Positions 49,106 through 59,084 are shown, numbered from the stretch's first letter. The stretch: DNA of 64,000 nucleotides from Bacilli bacterium (GCA_031553555.1 JAVBLL010000002.1:17738-81737); one strand, 5' to 3'. Numbers and translations: made by a program. The notes: generated from the letters alone by a model not told the origin.

Positions 49106-49124
49106 TAAATATTTATAAAAAACC

Positions 49125-49153
49125 TTGACATTTTTTCAAAATTAATGTAATAT
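49125..49153 (+). promoter_or_regulatory. sigma-A promoter for rplM-rpsI
   Basis: TTGACA - 17 nt - TAATAT, followed by a ~100 nt leader (possible L13 leader). Confidence 0.5.
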
Positions 49154-49258
49154 ATATGAGGTACGTTTTATTAACCCACATAAAATAGAGCCCTTTTATA
49201 AATAAATGTCTCCACAACATTTATCATAAATCAATTAAAATTTATAGGAGGAAACCAA

Positions 49259-49696
49259 ATGAATAAATCATATATGCCATCTGCGAAAGATATAGTCCGC
49301 AAATGGTATGTAATTGACGCTGAAAATGTTGTGCTAGGAAGATTAGCAACTGAAGTTGCTTCAATTTTAAGAGGCAAAAACAAACCGACATTTACTCCGA
49401 ATATGGACTGCGGCGATTATGTAATAATAATAAATGCTGAGAAAGTTGCTTTAACTGGAAATAAACTTAATGATAAATTGTATATTCATCATACAGGTTA
49501 TAATAGTGGATTAAGAACAAGAACAGCTAAGAAAATGTTAGAAACTCAACCACAAAAAATTGTTGAGTCAGCAATTAGAGGAATGCTTCCAAAAAACACA
49601 TTAGGTAGTGATACTTATCGCAAACTTTTTGTTTATTGTGGTCCTGAGCACAAACAACAAGCTCAGAAACCGGAAGTATACATATTGAGAGGGTAG
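49259..49696 (+). CDS. rplM: 50S ribosomal protein L13
   Basis: [30 protein letters not shown]... Confidence 0.9.
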   Translation: MNKSYMPSAKDIVRKWYVIDAENVVLGRLATEVASILRGKNKPTFTPNMDCGDYVIIINAEKVALTGNKLNDKLYIHHTGYNSGLRTRTAKKMLETQPQKIVESAIRGMLPKNTLGSDTYRKLFVYCGPEHKQQAQKPEVYILRG

Positions 49697-49705
49697 GTGA
49701 ATTAA

Positions 49706-50098
49706 ATGGCACAAGTTCAATATTATGGTACAGGACGTCGTAAAAGTTCTGTTGCTAGAGTTCGTTTAATTCCAGGTAAAGGTAAAATCACAATTAACGA
49801 TCGCACTTTTACTGATTATGTTCCAAGTGGTGCGGTAAGACTTGACGTTTTACAACCACTTACTTTGACGGGTACTGAAACTAGTTATGATGTATTGGTA
49901 AATGTTAGTGGTGGTGGAATTAGTGGTCAGGCTGGAGCAATAAGACATGGCATTACTCGTGCTTTGATGGAGGTTAATCCTGCATATCGTGGCGTATTGA
50001 AAAAAGCTGGCTTAGTCACTCGTGATCCGCGTGCTAAGGAACGTAAGAAGTATGGTTTAAAAGGCGCACGTCGTGCTCCTCAATTCTCAAAACGTTAA
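49706..50098 (+). CDS. rpsI: 30S ribosomal protein S9
   Basis: ...[19 protein letters not shown]... with C-terminal KRAPQFSKR. Confidence 0.9.
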   Translation: MAQVQYYGTGRRKSSVARVRLIPGKGKITINDRTFTDYVPSGAVRLDVLQPLTLTGTETSYDVLVNVSGGGISGQAGAIRHGITRALMEVNPAYRGVLKKAGLVTRDPRAKERKKYGLKGARRAPQFSKR

Positions 50099-50302
50099 TT
50101 TTCTTTTTGAGAATATATGCAAAAATAATATTAAAACCAAAGTCCTTGATCATAAAACTACAAAATTGTTTTATGATTTGATTCTTTGGTTTTTTAATTT
50201 TCTTAACATAATACATAAAATCTGAATTTACTTTAAATCATTAAGATTAATTTAAGAGACATAATTTATAATTAACATAAATAAATCGAAAAAGGTGATG
50301 AC

Positions 50303-50974
50303 ATGAAAATATTAATAGTAGAAGATGATAAACATTTAAATAGGGCCATTTGTGAGATGCTAAAAAGTATTGCTGATACGACATCAATTTATGATGGTAG
50401 TGATGCATTGTATGCATGTGAACAAAATATTTATGATTTAATTATATTAGATATAATGTTACCTGGGGTTGATGGATTTACAGTTTTGAAAAAAATACGT
50501 TCGGTAGGAACTTGTCCGGTTATTATGTTGACAGCAAAAGATGGCATTGGTGATAAGGTGCGTGGTTTGAAACTTGGTGCTGATGATTATATGACAAAAC
50601 CGTTTTATCGGGATGAATTAATTGCTCGTGTAGGAGCCCTTTTGAGAAGATATAATAATAATTTCGAAGGATTTCAAGTTATTTTTAAAGAAATGAAGTT
50701 TGATATTAGCCAAAAGAAAGTTACCATTAATGATGAAATGCTGGAAATTAGTGGTAAATCTTATGATATTTTGGAATATTTAGTACGTAATAAGGAAATA
50801 ATTATTACTAAAGAACAACTATTTAATCGTATTTGGGGATTTGAAAGTGATACGATTTGGAGTGTTGTTGAAGTGTATGTTAGTAATTTGCGTAAGATGC
50901 TGAAAAAATATGAATATCAGGGATATTTAAAAACATTAAGAAATGTAGGTTATATGTGGAGTGAAAAAGAATAG
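50303..50974 (+). CDS. OmpR-family response regulator
   Basis: Receiver domain (ILDIMLPGVDG, LTAKD) plus a winged helix. Confidence 0.85.
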   Translation: MKILIVEDDKHLNRAICEMLKSIADTTSIYDGSDALYACEQNIYDLIILDIMLPGVDGFTVLKKIRSVGTCPVIMLTAKDGIGDKVRGLKLGADDYMTKPFYRDELIARVGALLRRYNNNFEGFQVIFKEMKFDISQKKVTINDEMLEISGKSYDILEYLVRNKEIIITKEQLFNRIWGFESDTIWSVVEVYVSNLRKMLKKYEYQGYLKTLRNVGYMWSEKE

Positions 50975-52289
50975 TGATAGAAAAGCAAAAAGAGTTAATC
51001 AAAGAATCGGTAAATATCGTACTGGTCAATTAGTTTTTAATTTATTGTCTTTTTTTGCGGTCTTTGTTATGATGGGGATTGTTGCTTTTGTTACTATCAG
51101 CGTACGATCCTTTTATTCAGCTCGTGAAGTAATGTTAGAATATATTGGAAGCATCGGAAGTTCCAAACATACGGAGGGGGATTTAAAGAAATCACCAGAC
51201 GCTCGTATGACTGTTGCTTATTATATGGGGGAAACACCGATAGTTGGTGGTATTTATGTTCCTAACTTGAATCCTAATAAATTAGTTATTGCGGGTGTTT
51301 TGGAAAGTGATGCCATTACAAAGCTTTCTAAAATTAAAAGTGAAAAATTTAATACATTTATTCGAGAAGATATTTCTGGACATACTTATTTAACGTATGC
51401 AACTAAGACGACATATGCAGAGTATACTATAGATGGAGAAAGTAAAGTTATCATATATGCTAAAGTTTATATGAATGTTGATGGTGAAATTAGTTCTCAA
51501 AGAGAATTAATGACTACATATTTTATGTGTGTTATTTCCATTTTGATTTTTGGTATTATGGCCAGTTACAGTTTAATGCGTCGCTCAGTTAAACCACTAG
51601 GCGAATTCGTTCATAAACAATTGACTTTTGTCAGTGACGCTTCACATGAACTTAGGACTCCATTAGCGATTGTACAAAGTAAACTCGAAAATATTTTAGC
51701 GGAACCGGATATGACCATTTATGATGTTTCAGAGGATTTAGCAATATCTTTGAAAGAAATATCTCGCCTTACAAAACTGACTACAGATTTATTAGAACTC
51801 GCACGTAGTGATAAAGAGCAAATACTACTAAACCTAGAAATTGTTAATTTAAATGAATTGATAAAAGAATTCACAGAACCTTTTATTGAAATAGCCGAAC
51901 TTGAAAATCGTTTTCTATCTTATGATGGAGAAGATGTAGAAGCAAGGGTTGATCCTGATAAAATCAGACAAATTATGATAATTATATTAGACAATTCTTT
52001 GAAATATACCAATGAAGGTGATAGCATTTTTGTTAGTGTAACATCCGAAAATGGTGAAGCAACTATAAAAGTAATTGATACAGGAATTGGTATTAGCGAA
52101 AAAACTAAAAATCAAATTTTTGAAAGATTTTATCGTGAAGATAAAACACGTAGTCGTGATACTGGAGGTAATGGTCTTGGCTTATCCATAGCTAAAACTT
52201 TAGTGAATGTTCAAAAGGGAAGAATATATGTTGAGCATAACACTCCAAAAGGAATGATTATTGTTATGAGTTTCCCGAAAACAAAATAA
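50961..52289 (+). CDS. sensor histidine kinase with ~130 aa extracytoplasmic loop
   Basis: Two TM helices flank a periplasmic-type domain. H-box VSDASHELRTPLA; N/G boxes DNSLKYT, DTGIGI, GGNGLGLSIAK. Confidence 0.85.
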   Translation: MKKNSDRKAKRVNQRIGKYRTGQLVFNLLSFFAVFVMMGIVAFVTISVRSFYSAREVMLEYIGSIGSSKHTEGDLKKSPDARMTVAYYMGETPIVGGIYVPNLNPNKLVIAGVLESDAITKLSKIKSEKFNTFIREDISGHTYLTYATKTTYAEYTIDGESKVIIYAKVYMNVDGEISSQRELMTTYFMCVISILIFGIMASYSLMRRSVKPLGEFVHKQLTFVSDASHELRTPLAIVQSKLENILAEPDMTIYDVSEDLAISLKEISRLTKLTTDLLELARSDKEQILLNLEIVNLNELIKEFTEPFIEIAELENRFLSYDGEDVEARVDPDKIRQIMIIILDNSLKYTNEGDSIFVSVTSENGEATIKVIDTGIGISEKTKNQIFERFYREDKTRSRDTGGNGLGLSIAKTLVNVQKGRIYVEHNTPKGMIIVMSFPKTK

Positions 52290-52294
52290 GGATT

Positions 52295-52323
52295 AAAAAA
52301 ACTACTTTATGAGTAGTTTTTTT
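52295..52323 (+). terminator. intrinsic terminator
   Basis: aaaaactact...agtagtttttttaaa. Confidence 0.7.
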
Positions 52324-52366
52324 AAATGTTTTATGATATAATATCATAAGAAAAGAGGACGAAATT

Positions 52367-53722
52367 ATGATAAAATTTTATAATTCCTTAACAAAACAAC
52401 TTGAAGAATTTAAACCATTAAATGAAAACGAAGTAAAAATGTACGTTTGTGGTTCGACAGTATATAATGATATGCATATTGGCAATTCCAGGCCAGTTAT
52501 TTGTTTTGATACTATGGCACGCTTTTTTCAATATATTGGATATAATGTAAAATTTGTTTCCAACTTCACAGATATTGACGATAAAATTATAAAAAAAGCC
52601 AATGATGAGGGTGTTGATGAAGAGGTTATATCTGAACGATATATTAAATCTATTTTAGAAACTTATTATGAACTAAATTGCCTGCCACACTATAAAAATC
52701 CAAAAGTGACGGAAAATATGAATGAAATAATTGACTTTGTTAAATTATTGATTGATAAAGGTGGAGCTTATGTTGTTGATGGCGATGTTTATTTTGATGT
52801 TACCAAAGCAGACGATTATGGCAGTTTGAGCGGCCAAGTAATAGAAAATTTATTGGTGGGTTCTCGCATTGAAGAAAATGATAAGAAAATCAATCCTTTC
52901 GATTTTAATTTATGGAAAGAAACGCATGAGGGAAAGAAGTGGGATTCACCGTGGAGTTGTGGTAGACCAGGATGGCACACTGAATGTGTCGTTATGATTG
53001 ATAATATTTTTAAAAGCAAAATTGATATTCATGGTGGTGGAATAGATATCCAATTTCCTCATCATGAAAACGAAATTGCTCAAGCGACGGTCGCCTATAA
53101 ACATAAAATTGCAAACTTTTGGATACATAGTGGTCGCATTGACTTGGACGGTGAAAAAATGAGTAAATCGCTAGGCAATGTTATAATGGCAAAAGAACTT
53201 GTAAGAGAAATTGGATATGGAGCTTATCGTCTGTTGATTTTAAATGTTCCATACCGCAAATTGTTCAATTTTCGCGATGAATTAGTTACACAAAGCATTT
53301 CTGATTATGATAAGATTTTTGGGGCTTTTTTATCATTAACCAGAAAATTGCAAATTGATTCAGGGATTACAGAAAATAATGTTGAAGTTAAAAATGATGA
53401 ATTAATAAAAGTTAAAAATGATTTTATTAATGCTCTTGGAGATGACTTGAATACTCCTAATGCCATTACGCAAATTATGAAAGTAGTAAAATTAGCTAAT
53501 AATACAGTTCGTCAAAAAAATATAGATGTGACTTATGCCATGGAATTAATTAAGCTATTTAAGGAAATGCTATGGGTACTAGGAATTGACAAAGAAGTAT
53601 TGCCACTAAGTGAGAATGATTTACAATTAATCAATAATTGGAAGACTGCTCGTGCAAATAGTGATTTTGCTTTGGCTGATGTTTATCGTAAAGAAATTGC
53701 TAATAAAGGAATAATATTTTGA
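52367..53722 (+). CDS. cysS: cysteine--tRNA ligase
   Basis: MYVCGSTVYNDMHIGNSRP (HIGN), KMSKSLGN, and Zn ligands. Confidence 0.9.
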   Translation: MIKFYNSLTKQLEEFKPLNENEVKMYVCGSTVYNDMHIGNSRPVICFDTMARFFQYIGYNVKFVSNFTDIDDKIIKKANDEGVDEEVISERYIKSILETYYELNCLPHYKNPKVTENMNEIIDFVKLLIDKGGAYVVDGDVYFDVTKADDYGSLSGQVIENLLVGSRIEENDKKINPFDFNLWKETHEGKKWDSPWSCGRPGWHTECVVMIDNIFKSKIDIHGGGIDIQFPHHENEIAQATVAYKHKIANFWIHSGRIDLDGEKMSKSLGNVIMAKELVREIGYGAYRLLILNVPYRKLFNFRDELVTQSISDYDKIFGAFLSLTRKLQIDSGITENNVEVKNDELIKVKNDFINALGDDLNTPNAITQIMKVVKLANNTVRQKNIDVTYAMELIKLFKEMLWVLGIDKEVLPLSENDLQLINNWKTARANSDFALADVYRKEIANKGIIF

Positions 53723-54090
53723 TAGATATTAATATGTTGACTGGGGCAGATTTGGCCTATATTGGAGATGCTTATTATGAATTGTATATTCGCAATTATG
53801 TTTTGATGAAAGGATTCACAAAACCTAGTGATTTGCATAAAGAAACGGTTAAATATGTTAGTCGCGATAATCAATATAAAATTTCTTTGGCATTAGCTTC
53901 TCATATGAATGATGAAGAAAAGAATATATTTAAGCGTGGTCGCAACTACAATTATAAGCAAAAAACAATGGAATATATTAATGCCTCGGGATTTGAAGCG
54001 GTTATTGGTTATTTGTATTTGTTGAAAAAGGAAGAACGTCTTGAAAAAATAATCAATTTAGCAATTGAGATAATAGAGAATGATTGGTGA
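53719..54090 (+). CDS. mrnC: Mini-ribonuclease 3
   Basis: LAYIGDAYYELYIRNYV RNase III signature in a 123 aa protein, in the conserved position after cysS. Confidence 0.8.
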   Translation: MIDINMLTGADLAYIGDAYYELYIRNYVLMKGFTKPSDLHKETVKYVSRDNQYKISLALASHMNDEEKNIFKRGRNYNYKQKTMEYINASGFEAVIGYLYLLKKEERLEKIINLAIEIIENDW

Positions 54091-54096
54091 TAATGT

Positions 54097-54807
54097 ATGA
54101 GCGAATATATATACGGTAAGAATACAGTACGTGAAGCAATAAAAGCAAATCGCAAAATAAATAAATTATTTATTGCTAAAACAAATCAGGACTTTATTAA
54201 TGATGCTAAAACACAACAAATTGATTATCAAATAGTGGAAAACTTTCAACTAGATAAATTGGTTAAAGGGATGCATCAAGGCATAGTTGCGGAAATAGAT
54301 GGATATAGTTACGTTGCTTTAAATGAATTATTAGATGGAATTGCTAATAAACTGCCATTATTAGTAATGCTAGATGGATTGGAAGATCCTCATAATTTGG
54401 GGGCTATTTTAAGAACGTGTGATGCTGCAGGTGTGGATGGGGTTATCATCGGAAAAAACAGGTCGATTCATTTAAATAATACCGTTGCAAAAGTTTCAAC
54501 TGGTGCTATTGAATATGTGAAGGTTTGTGAAGTAGTTAATTTAAATAATACAATTAAAATTTTAAAACAAAAAGGTTATTGGATTGTTGGAGCTGAGGCC
54601 AATAGTGAAAGCATTATGTATGATCAAATGAAATATGATATGCCCATTTGTCTAGTTGTTGGATCTGAAGGCAACGGAGTATCGCGTTTAGTATTGGAAA
54701 ATTGTGATTTTGTTGTTGAAATTCCAATGCATGGTCATATTAATTCGTTAAATGCTTCTGTTTCATGCAGCATATTAATTTATGAAATTATAAAATATCG
54801 AAAATAG
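54097..54807 (+). CDS. rlmB: 23S rRNA (guanosine-2'-O)-methyltransferase, SpoU/TrmH family (RlmB/YacO)
   Basis: SpoU motifs LLVMLDGLEDPHNLGAILRT and LVVGSEGNGVS. Confidence 0.8.
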   Translation: MSEYIYGKNTVREAIKANRKINKLFIAKTNQDFINDAKTQQIDYQIVENFQLDKLVKGMHQGIVAEIDGYSYVALNELLDGIANKLPLLVMLDGLEDPHNLGAILRTCDAAGVDGVIIGKNRSIHLNNTVAKVSTGAIEYVKVCEVVNLNNTIKILKQKGYWIVGAEANSESIMYDQMKYDMPICLVVGSEGNGVSRLVLENCDFVVEIPMHGHINSLNASVSCSILIYEIIKYRK

Positions 54808-54816
54808 GAGAATAAT

Positions 54817-55329
54817 ATGATTCAGTATAACGATTTTGAATTGTTATATTTGATGAGTGAATCGGAAATTGAAGCCCAGGAAATATTATATAAGAAATAT
54901 ACTAATTTGATTTTGTCGAGGATTAGAAAATTTAAAATTCAAGAACGTTATAGAGATGATTTTTTACAAGAGGGGTTACTATATTTGCATAAAGCAATTA
55001 TTACATTTAATCCCGATAACGGTAAAAGTTTTAATAAATATTTCGATTTAATTTTACAAAGACGTTATATTCAAATATTAATGAAAGAGAAAAGTTATTT
55101 TTATGACGTATCTTTAGTTGCAGAAGTAGGAATAGTGTCTGATAAAAATTCATTTGAATATAATGGTGAGAACAACCATTATTATAGTGTTTTTGAAAAA
55201 GAAGTATTGGAATTAACTATGAAAAAATATAGTCCAAGAGATATTGCAAAAACATTAGGATGCGATGTCAAAAGAATTTATAATTGTTTAAATCGTATTC
55301 GAAGTAAAGCAAAAGATATACTTAAATAA
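54817..55329 (+). CDS. sigH: sigma-70-family sigma factor (SigH by synteny; compact 170 aa)
   Basis: Region 2 (FLQEGLLYLHKAIITF) and region 4 HTH (SPRDIAKTLGCDVKRIYNCLNRIR). Sits between rlmB and rpmG-secE-nusG. Confidence 0.7.
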   Translation: MIQYNDFELLYLMSESEIEAQEILYKKYTNLILSRIRKFKIQERYRDDFLQEGLLYLHKAIITFNPDNGKSFNKYFDLILQRRYIQILMKEKSYFYDVSLVAEVGIVSDKNSFEYNGENNHYYSVFEKEVLELTMKKYSPRDIAKTLGCDVKRIYNCLNRIRSKAKDILK

Positions 55330-55334
55330 ATTTA

Positions 55335-55363
55335 TTGACAAATATTTAAAAATTTGGTAAAAT
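55335..55363 (+). promoter_or_regulatory. sigma-A promoter for rpmG-secE-nusG
   Basis: TTGACA - 17 nt - TAAAAT. Confidence 0.6.
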
Positions 55364-55385
55364 AATATGGTGTATAGGTGATAGT

Positions 55386-55535
55386 GTGAGGATTAAAGTA
55401 ATTTTGGTATGTGAAGAATGTTTATCCCGCAACTACACAGTTAATCGTAATAAATTAAATAATCCTGATCGTATGATTATTAAAAAATTTTGTAAACGAT
55501 GCAATAAGCATACAGTTCACAAAGAAACGAAATAA
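55386..55535 (+). CDS. rpmG: 50S ribosomal protein L33 (not in supplied ORF track, 49 aa)
   Basis: GTG start after an AGGTGA RBS. Translation (M)[48 protein letters not shown] has the L33 C4 zinc ribbon (CxxC...CxxC), in the canonical position before secE. Confidence 0.85.
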   Translation: MRIKVILVCEECLSRNYTVNRNKLNNPDRMIIKKFCKRCNKHTVHKETK

Positions 55536-55546
55536 AGGGGGACAGC

Positions 55547-55975
55547 ATGTCAGAACAAAAAAAAGAAAAGAAAAATCGTTTAGCCGAGGCTTTTGCCAGA
55601 GACTATAAATATGAAGGCTTAATATTGCTATTATTAGCAATAATATCATTAGTGTTAGGCATTCTAATGCATATTGGGGTTACAACAAGTGGGGCTTCAG
55701 GAATATCAATTAAACCAGGAGTATTCTTGATTTCTGACTTTCCGGATGCATTTGCATGGATATTAATTATTTTAGGTACATTTTCATTAGCTTTGTCAAT
55801 ATGGCCATATTACAAGCCATCAATTTATGAAATTAAAAGAGTGACTTGGCCGACACAAAAGCAAATGGTTGAAAACTCTTTGAGCACATTTATTTTTGTG
55901 GTTGTCTTTGTATTGTTTTTCTTTTTGTTAGATGCTGGGCTTACTGCACTTTTAGATTGGTTCGTTAAAATATAA
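55547..55975 (+). CDS. secE: preprotein translocase subunit SecE (long, 3-TM form)
   Basis: The C-terminal segment IYEIKRVTWPTQKQMVENSLSTFIFVVVFVLFFFLLDAG matches the SecE core. Two extra N-terminal TM helices. Confidence 0.75.
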   Translation: MSEQKKEKKNRLAEAFARDYKYEGLILLLLAIISLVLGILMHIGVTTSGASGISIKPGVFLISDFPDAFAWILIILGTFSLALSIWPYYKPSIYEIKRVTWPTQKQMVENSLSTFIFVVVFVLFFFLLDAGLTALLDWFVKI

Positions 55976-56006
55976 AATGTGCATATAGAAGGATGATAAT
56001 ATAATA

Positions 56007-56543
56007 ATGGATGAGAGAGCATGGTTTATAATTCAAACATATTCTGGAATGGAAAGCGCAGCAAAGAAAAATTTGGATCGTCGAATTGAATCAATGAATA
56101 TGCAAGACTATATTTTTAGCGTTTTAGTTCCTGAAGAGAAGAGTTATGAAAAGAAAAAAAATGGAGAATTAAAAGAAGTAATAACAAAACCATTTCCTGG
56201 CTATGTATTTGTGGATATGATAGTTACTGATGAGACTTGGTTTATTGTGAGAAATACACCGATGGTTACAGGATTCTTAGGGTCATCTGGTGGTGGCGCT
56301 AAGCCAGTTCCGTTAATGGAAGAGGAAATTCTTCCGATTTTGAAAATGTGCGGAGTTACAAATCAAGCTCAATTTGAATGTGCGGTTGGCGAGAAAGTCA
56401 AAATTATTGCTGGTGCATTTGCTGGGCAATATGGAACGATTGATAATATCGATATGGAAAGAAAAACCGTTAAAGTGCTTGTTGACTTTTTTGGGAGATC
56501 TACCCCAGCAGAGCTGGATTTTGATGAAGTTAAAAAAGACTAA
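56007..56543 (+). CDS. nusG: transcription termination/antitermination factor NusG
   Basis: WFIIQTYSGMES N-terminus and a KOW motif (GEKVKIIAGAFAGQYGTI). Confidence 0.9.
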   Translation: MDERAWFIIQTYSGMESAAKKNLDRRIESMNMQDYIFSVLVPEEKSYEKKKNGELKEVITKPFPGYVFVDMIVTDETWFIVRNTPMVTGFLGSSGGGAKPVPLMEEEILPILKMCGVTNQAQFECAVGEKVKIIAGAFAGQYGTIDNIDMERKTVKVLVDFFGRSTPAELDFDEVKKD

Positions 56544-56638
56544 CTTATAAATATCGGACTTGCCCAATAAAGCGTTTCTGTGAATTGCATTTGGTGAGTC
56601 CTTTTTATTTTACTTAGTGAAAAGTAAAATAAAAACTG

Positions 56639-56667
56639 TTGACTTAATATATGAAATATAGTATAAT
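56639..56667 (+). promoter_or_regulatory. sigma-A promoter for rplK-rplA
   Basis: TTGACT - 17 nt - TATAAT, ~90 nt before the rplK GTG. The leader likely contains the L1-binding autoregulatory site. Confidence 0.55.
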
Positions 56668-56759
56668 ATGATAGCGTGCAATAATCTTGCATACTATTTT
56701 TAAAGTGGAAGAGTTTATACTCGTATGACCACGCACGAGTAAAAGAGGAGGTGTTTCTC

Positions 56760-57188
56760 GTGGCTGCAAAAAAAATAACAAAAGTAATTAAATTGCAAAT
56801 CCCAGCAGCAAAAGCTACTATGGCTCCGCCAGTTGGACCAGCATTAGGACAGGCTGGTGTTAACGGACAACAATTTGTACTTCAATTCAATGAAGCAACA
56901 AGGGAGTTGGCGGGTTCAGTTGTGCCAGTAGTTATTACTGTATATGATGATCGTACATTTACTTTTATAACAAAAACTCCACCAGCAGCAGATATGCTTA
57001 AAAAAGCGGCTGGATTAAAAAGTGGCTCGGCAAATTCTAAGAAAAATAAAGTTGCGACTATCAAAAGAGATAAAATTCGTGAAATTGCGGCAACTAAATT
57101 ACCTGATTTAAATGCTTATACAGTTGAAGCAGGTATGAAGATTGTTGAGGGTACTGCTAAAAATATGGGAATCGTTATTGAAGATTAA
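56760..57188 (+). CDS. rplK: 50S ribosomal protein L11
   Basis: GTG start after a GAGGAGGTG RBS: (M)[34 protein letters not shown]... Confidence 0.9.
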   Translation: MAAKKITKVIKLQIPAAKATMAPPVGPALGQAGVNGQQFVLQFNEATRELAGSVVPVVITVYDDRTFTFITKTPPAADMLKKAAGLKSGSANSKKNKVATIKRDKIREIAATKLPDLNAYTVEAGMKIVEGTAKNMGIVIED

Positions 57189-57274
57189 TTTAAGACTAAC
57201 GATTTATTAAAATGTTTAAACAATATTGTTTAAGCAGTGGGAGGAAAATCCGTTAGACCACAAAGGAGGAAAAA

Positions 57275-57964
57275 ATGGCAAAAGTCGGAAAAAAGTATCA
57301 AGAAGTTGCGAAACTTGTTGATCCATTAAAAAAATATTCTATTGAAGAAGCTGTTGAATTAGCTCAAAAAACAAGTATTACAAAATTTGATGGGACAGTT
57401 GAAATCGTGTTTCGTTTAAACTTAGATTCACGTAAAGCTGAACAAAATTTACGTGGTGCTATTGTTTTACCACATGGTAGTGGTAAGACTAGAAAAGTTC
57501 TCGTTTTAACGAAAGGTCCAAAAGTCAAAGAAGCTGAAGAAGCAGGTGCTGATTATTTTGGCGATGCTGAATACCTTGATAAAATCAAAGGTGGCTGGTT
57601 TGATTTTGATATTATTGTTGCTACCCCTGATATGATGGGTGAGTTAGGTAAACTTGGTAAAATTTTAGGACCTAAAGGTTTAATGCCTAATGCAAAGACA
57701 GGCACAGTGACTATGGATATCAAAAAAGCAGTTGATGAAATCAAGGCTGGTAAGGTTGAATATCGCGTAGACAAAGCCGGAAATATTGCAACAATTGTTG
57801 GTAAAGTATCTTTTGATAAACAAAAATTAATTGATAACATCAAGGCAGTTAATAATGTTTTAATGAGAGCAAAACCAACGACTGTTAAAGGGGTATACGT
57901 AAAGAACATTGCTGTTGCGACAACAATGGGACCTGGCGTAAAAATTGATCCTACATCATTATAA
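57275..57964 (+). CDS. rplA: 50S ribosomal protein L1
   Basis: [16 protein letters not shown]... Confidence 0.9.
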   Translation: MAKVGKKYQEVAKLVDPLKKYSIEEAVELAQKTSITKFDGTVEIVFRLNLDSRKAEQNLRGAIVLPHGSGKTRKVLVLTKGPKVKEAEEAGADYFGDAEYLDKIKGGWFDFDIIVATPDMMGELGKLGKILGPKGLMPNAKTGTVTMDIKKAVDEIKAGKVEYRVDKAGNIATIVGKVSFDKQKLIDNIKAVNNVLMRAKPTTVKGVYVKNIAVATTMGPGVKIDPTSL

Positions 57965-57984
57965 TTAATAAGAAAACACAAAAA

Positions 57985-58120
57985 AAATAGTTAAATAGAT
58001 TGTTTGCCGTAGACAGTGGGGGCATAGCTTAAAAATCCCACCGAGGTAAAAAGAGCATTGTCCGAATCTCTTTTTTACTTGCGGCTTAAAGTAGTAGTTA
58101 GTAAAAAAGAGTTTTTATTT
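57985..58120 (+). promoter_or_regulatory. probable ribosomal protein L10 leader (autoregulatory mRNA structure) upstream of rplJ
   Basis: A 170-nt structured leader in the conserved position. GC-rich helix-forming segments (gccgtagacagtgggggc ... cccaccgaggt) stand out from the AT-rich background. Confidence 0.4.
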
Positions 58121-58134
58121 TAGGAGGTGTAAAA

Positions 58135-58620
58135 ATGAAAGAAAAAACACTGCAGTTGAAAGTAAACCAGGTAAAGGAAGTCGCTAAAAGAATGAATGAA
58201 GCTGGGTCGTCTGTTGTTGTTGATTGCATTGGATTGACAGTTGCTGAAACAATGGCCTTGCGTAGAGAACTATATTCAAAGGGATGCGAGTTGGAAGTAA
58301 TAAAAAACAATATTATTCGTCGTGCAGCTTTAGAATGTGGCTATAATGGCTTAGAAGAAGTTCTAAAAGGACCTAGTGCAGTTGCCTTTTCAAAAGATGC
58401 AACTAGTGCATCAAAAGTCATCTATACTTTCAACAAAAAGAATGATAAGTTGAAAATTAAAGCTGGTGTCATTGATGGTAAAGTTATGACAACTAATGAG
58501 GTTAAGATTATTGCAACATTACCAGATAAGAATGGAATGTTATCGATGTTGCTAAGTGTATTGCAAGCGCCTATTCGCAATTTAGCGTGTGCGGTTAAGG
58601 CTGTATCAGAACAAAAGTAA
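58135..58620 (+). CDS. rplJ: 50S ribosomal protein L10
   Basis: 161 aa, in the conserved position; GGAGGTG RBS. Confidence 0.9.
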   Translation: MKEKTLQLKVNQVKEVAKRMNEAGSSVVVDCIGLTVAETMALRRELYSKGCELEVIKNNIIRRAALECGYNGLEEVLKGPSAVAFSKDATSASKVIYTFNKKNDKLKIKAGVIDGKVMTTNEVKIIATLPDKNGMLSMLLSVLQAPIRNLACAVKAVSEQK

Positions 58621-58642
58621 AATTATATAGGAGGAATGTATT

Positions 58643-59008
58643 ATGAAAATTAATGTAAGTGAATTTATTGCATCTTTAAAGGAAATGACAGTTTTAGAAC
58701 TTAATGAACTTGTTAAAGCTATCGAAGAGGAATTTGGCGTTACTGCTGCTGCTCCTACTGCTGTTGCTGTAGAAGAAAAAGTTGAAGAAGAAGGACCATC
58801 AACAGTAAATGTTATGCTTAAGGAAGTTGGTCCAAACAAAATTGCAGTTATTAAGGTTGTTAGAGAATTGACAGGCTTAGGATTAAAAGAAGCTAAAGAT
58901 ATTGTTGATGCAGCTCCAAAAGCTGTAAAAGAAGGCGTTTCTGTTGAAGATGGCGAAAGTTGCAAAGCTAAGCTACAAGAAGCAGGCGCAGTTGTTGAAT
59001 TAAAATAG
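58643..59008 (+). CDS. rplL: 50S ribosomal protein L7/L12
   Basis: Ala/Glu-rich hinge ([16 protein letters not shown]) and C-terminal domain [16 protein letters not shown]. Confidence 0.9.
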   Translation: MKINVSEFIASLKEMTVLELNELVKAIEEEFGVTAAAPTAVAVEEKVEEEGPSTVNVMLKEVGPNKIAVIKVVRELTGLGLKEAKDIVDAAPKAVKEGVSVEDGESCKAKLQEAGAVVELK

Positions 59009-59023
59009 TTAAACAAATCTTTT

Positions 59024-59055
59024 AAACCTAGATTTTTCTAGGTTTTTTTGTTTTT
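59024..59055 (+). terminator. intrinsic terminator after rplL
   Basis: Stem aaacctaga/tctaggttt with a 4-nt loop, then ttttttgttttt. Confidence 0.8.
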
Positions 59056-59084
59056 ATATGATACAATAATAGAGCGAGGGGATT

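Noticed and set aside
52290-52366. Possible T-box leader upstream of cysS (and metG)
   Set aside because: The intergenic region is about 75 nt and is occupied by a terminator. That is too short for a T-box, and metG overlaps pfkA.
56590-56635. Hairpin ttttactt-agtga-aagtaaaa after nusG as a terminator
   Set aside because: It is followed by an A-rich rather than a U-rich tract on the + strand. It is more likely part of the UP-element or leader of the rplK promoter; left uncalled.
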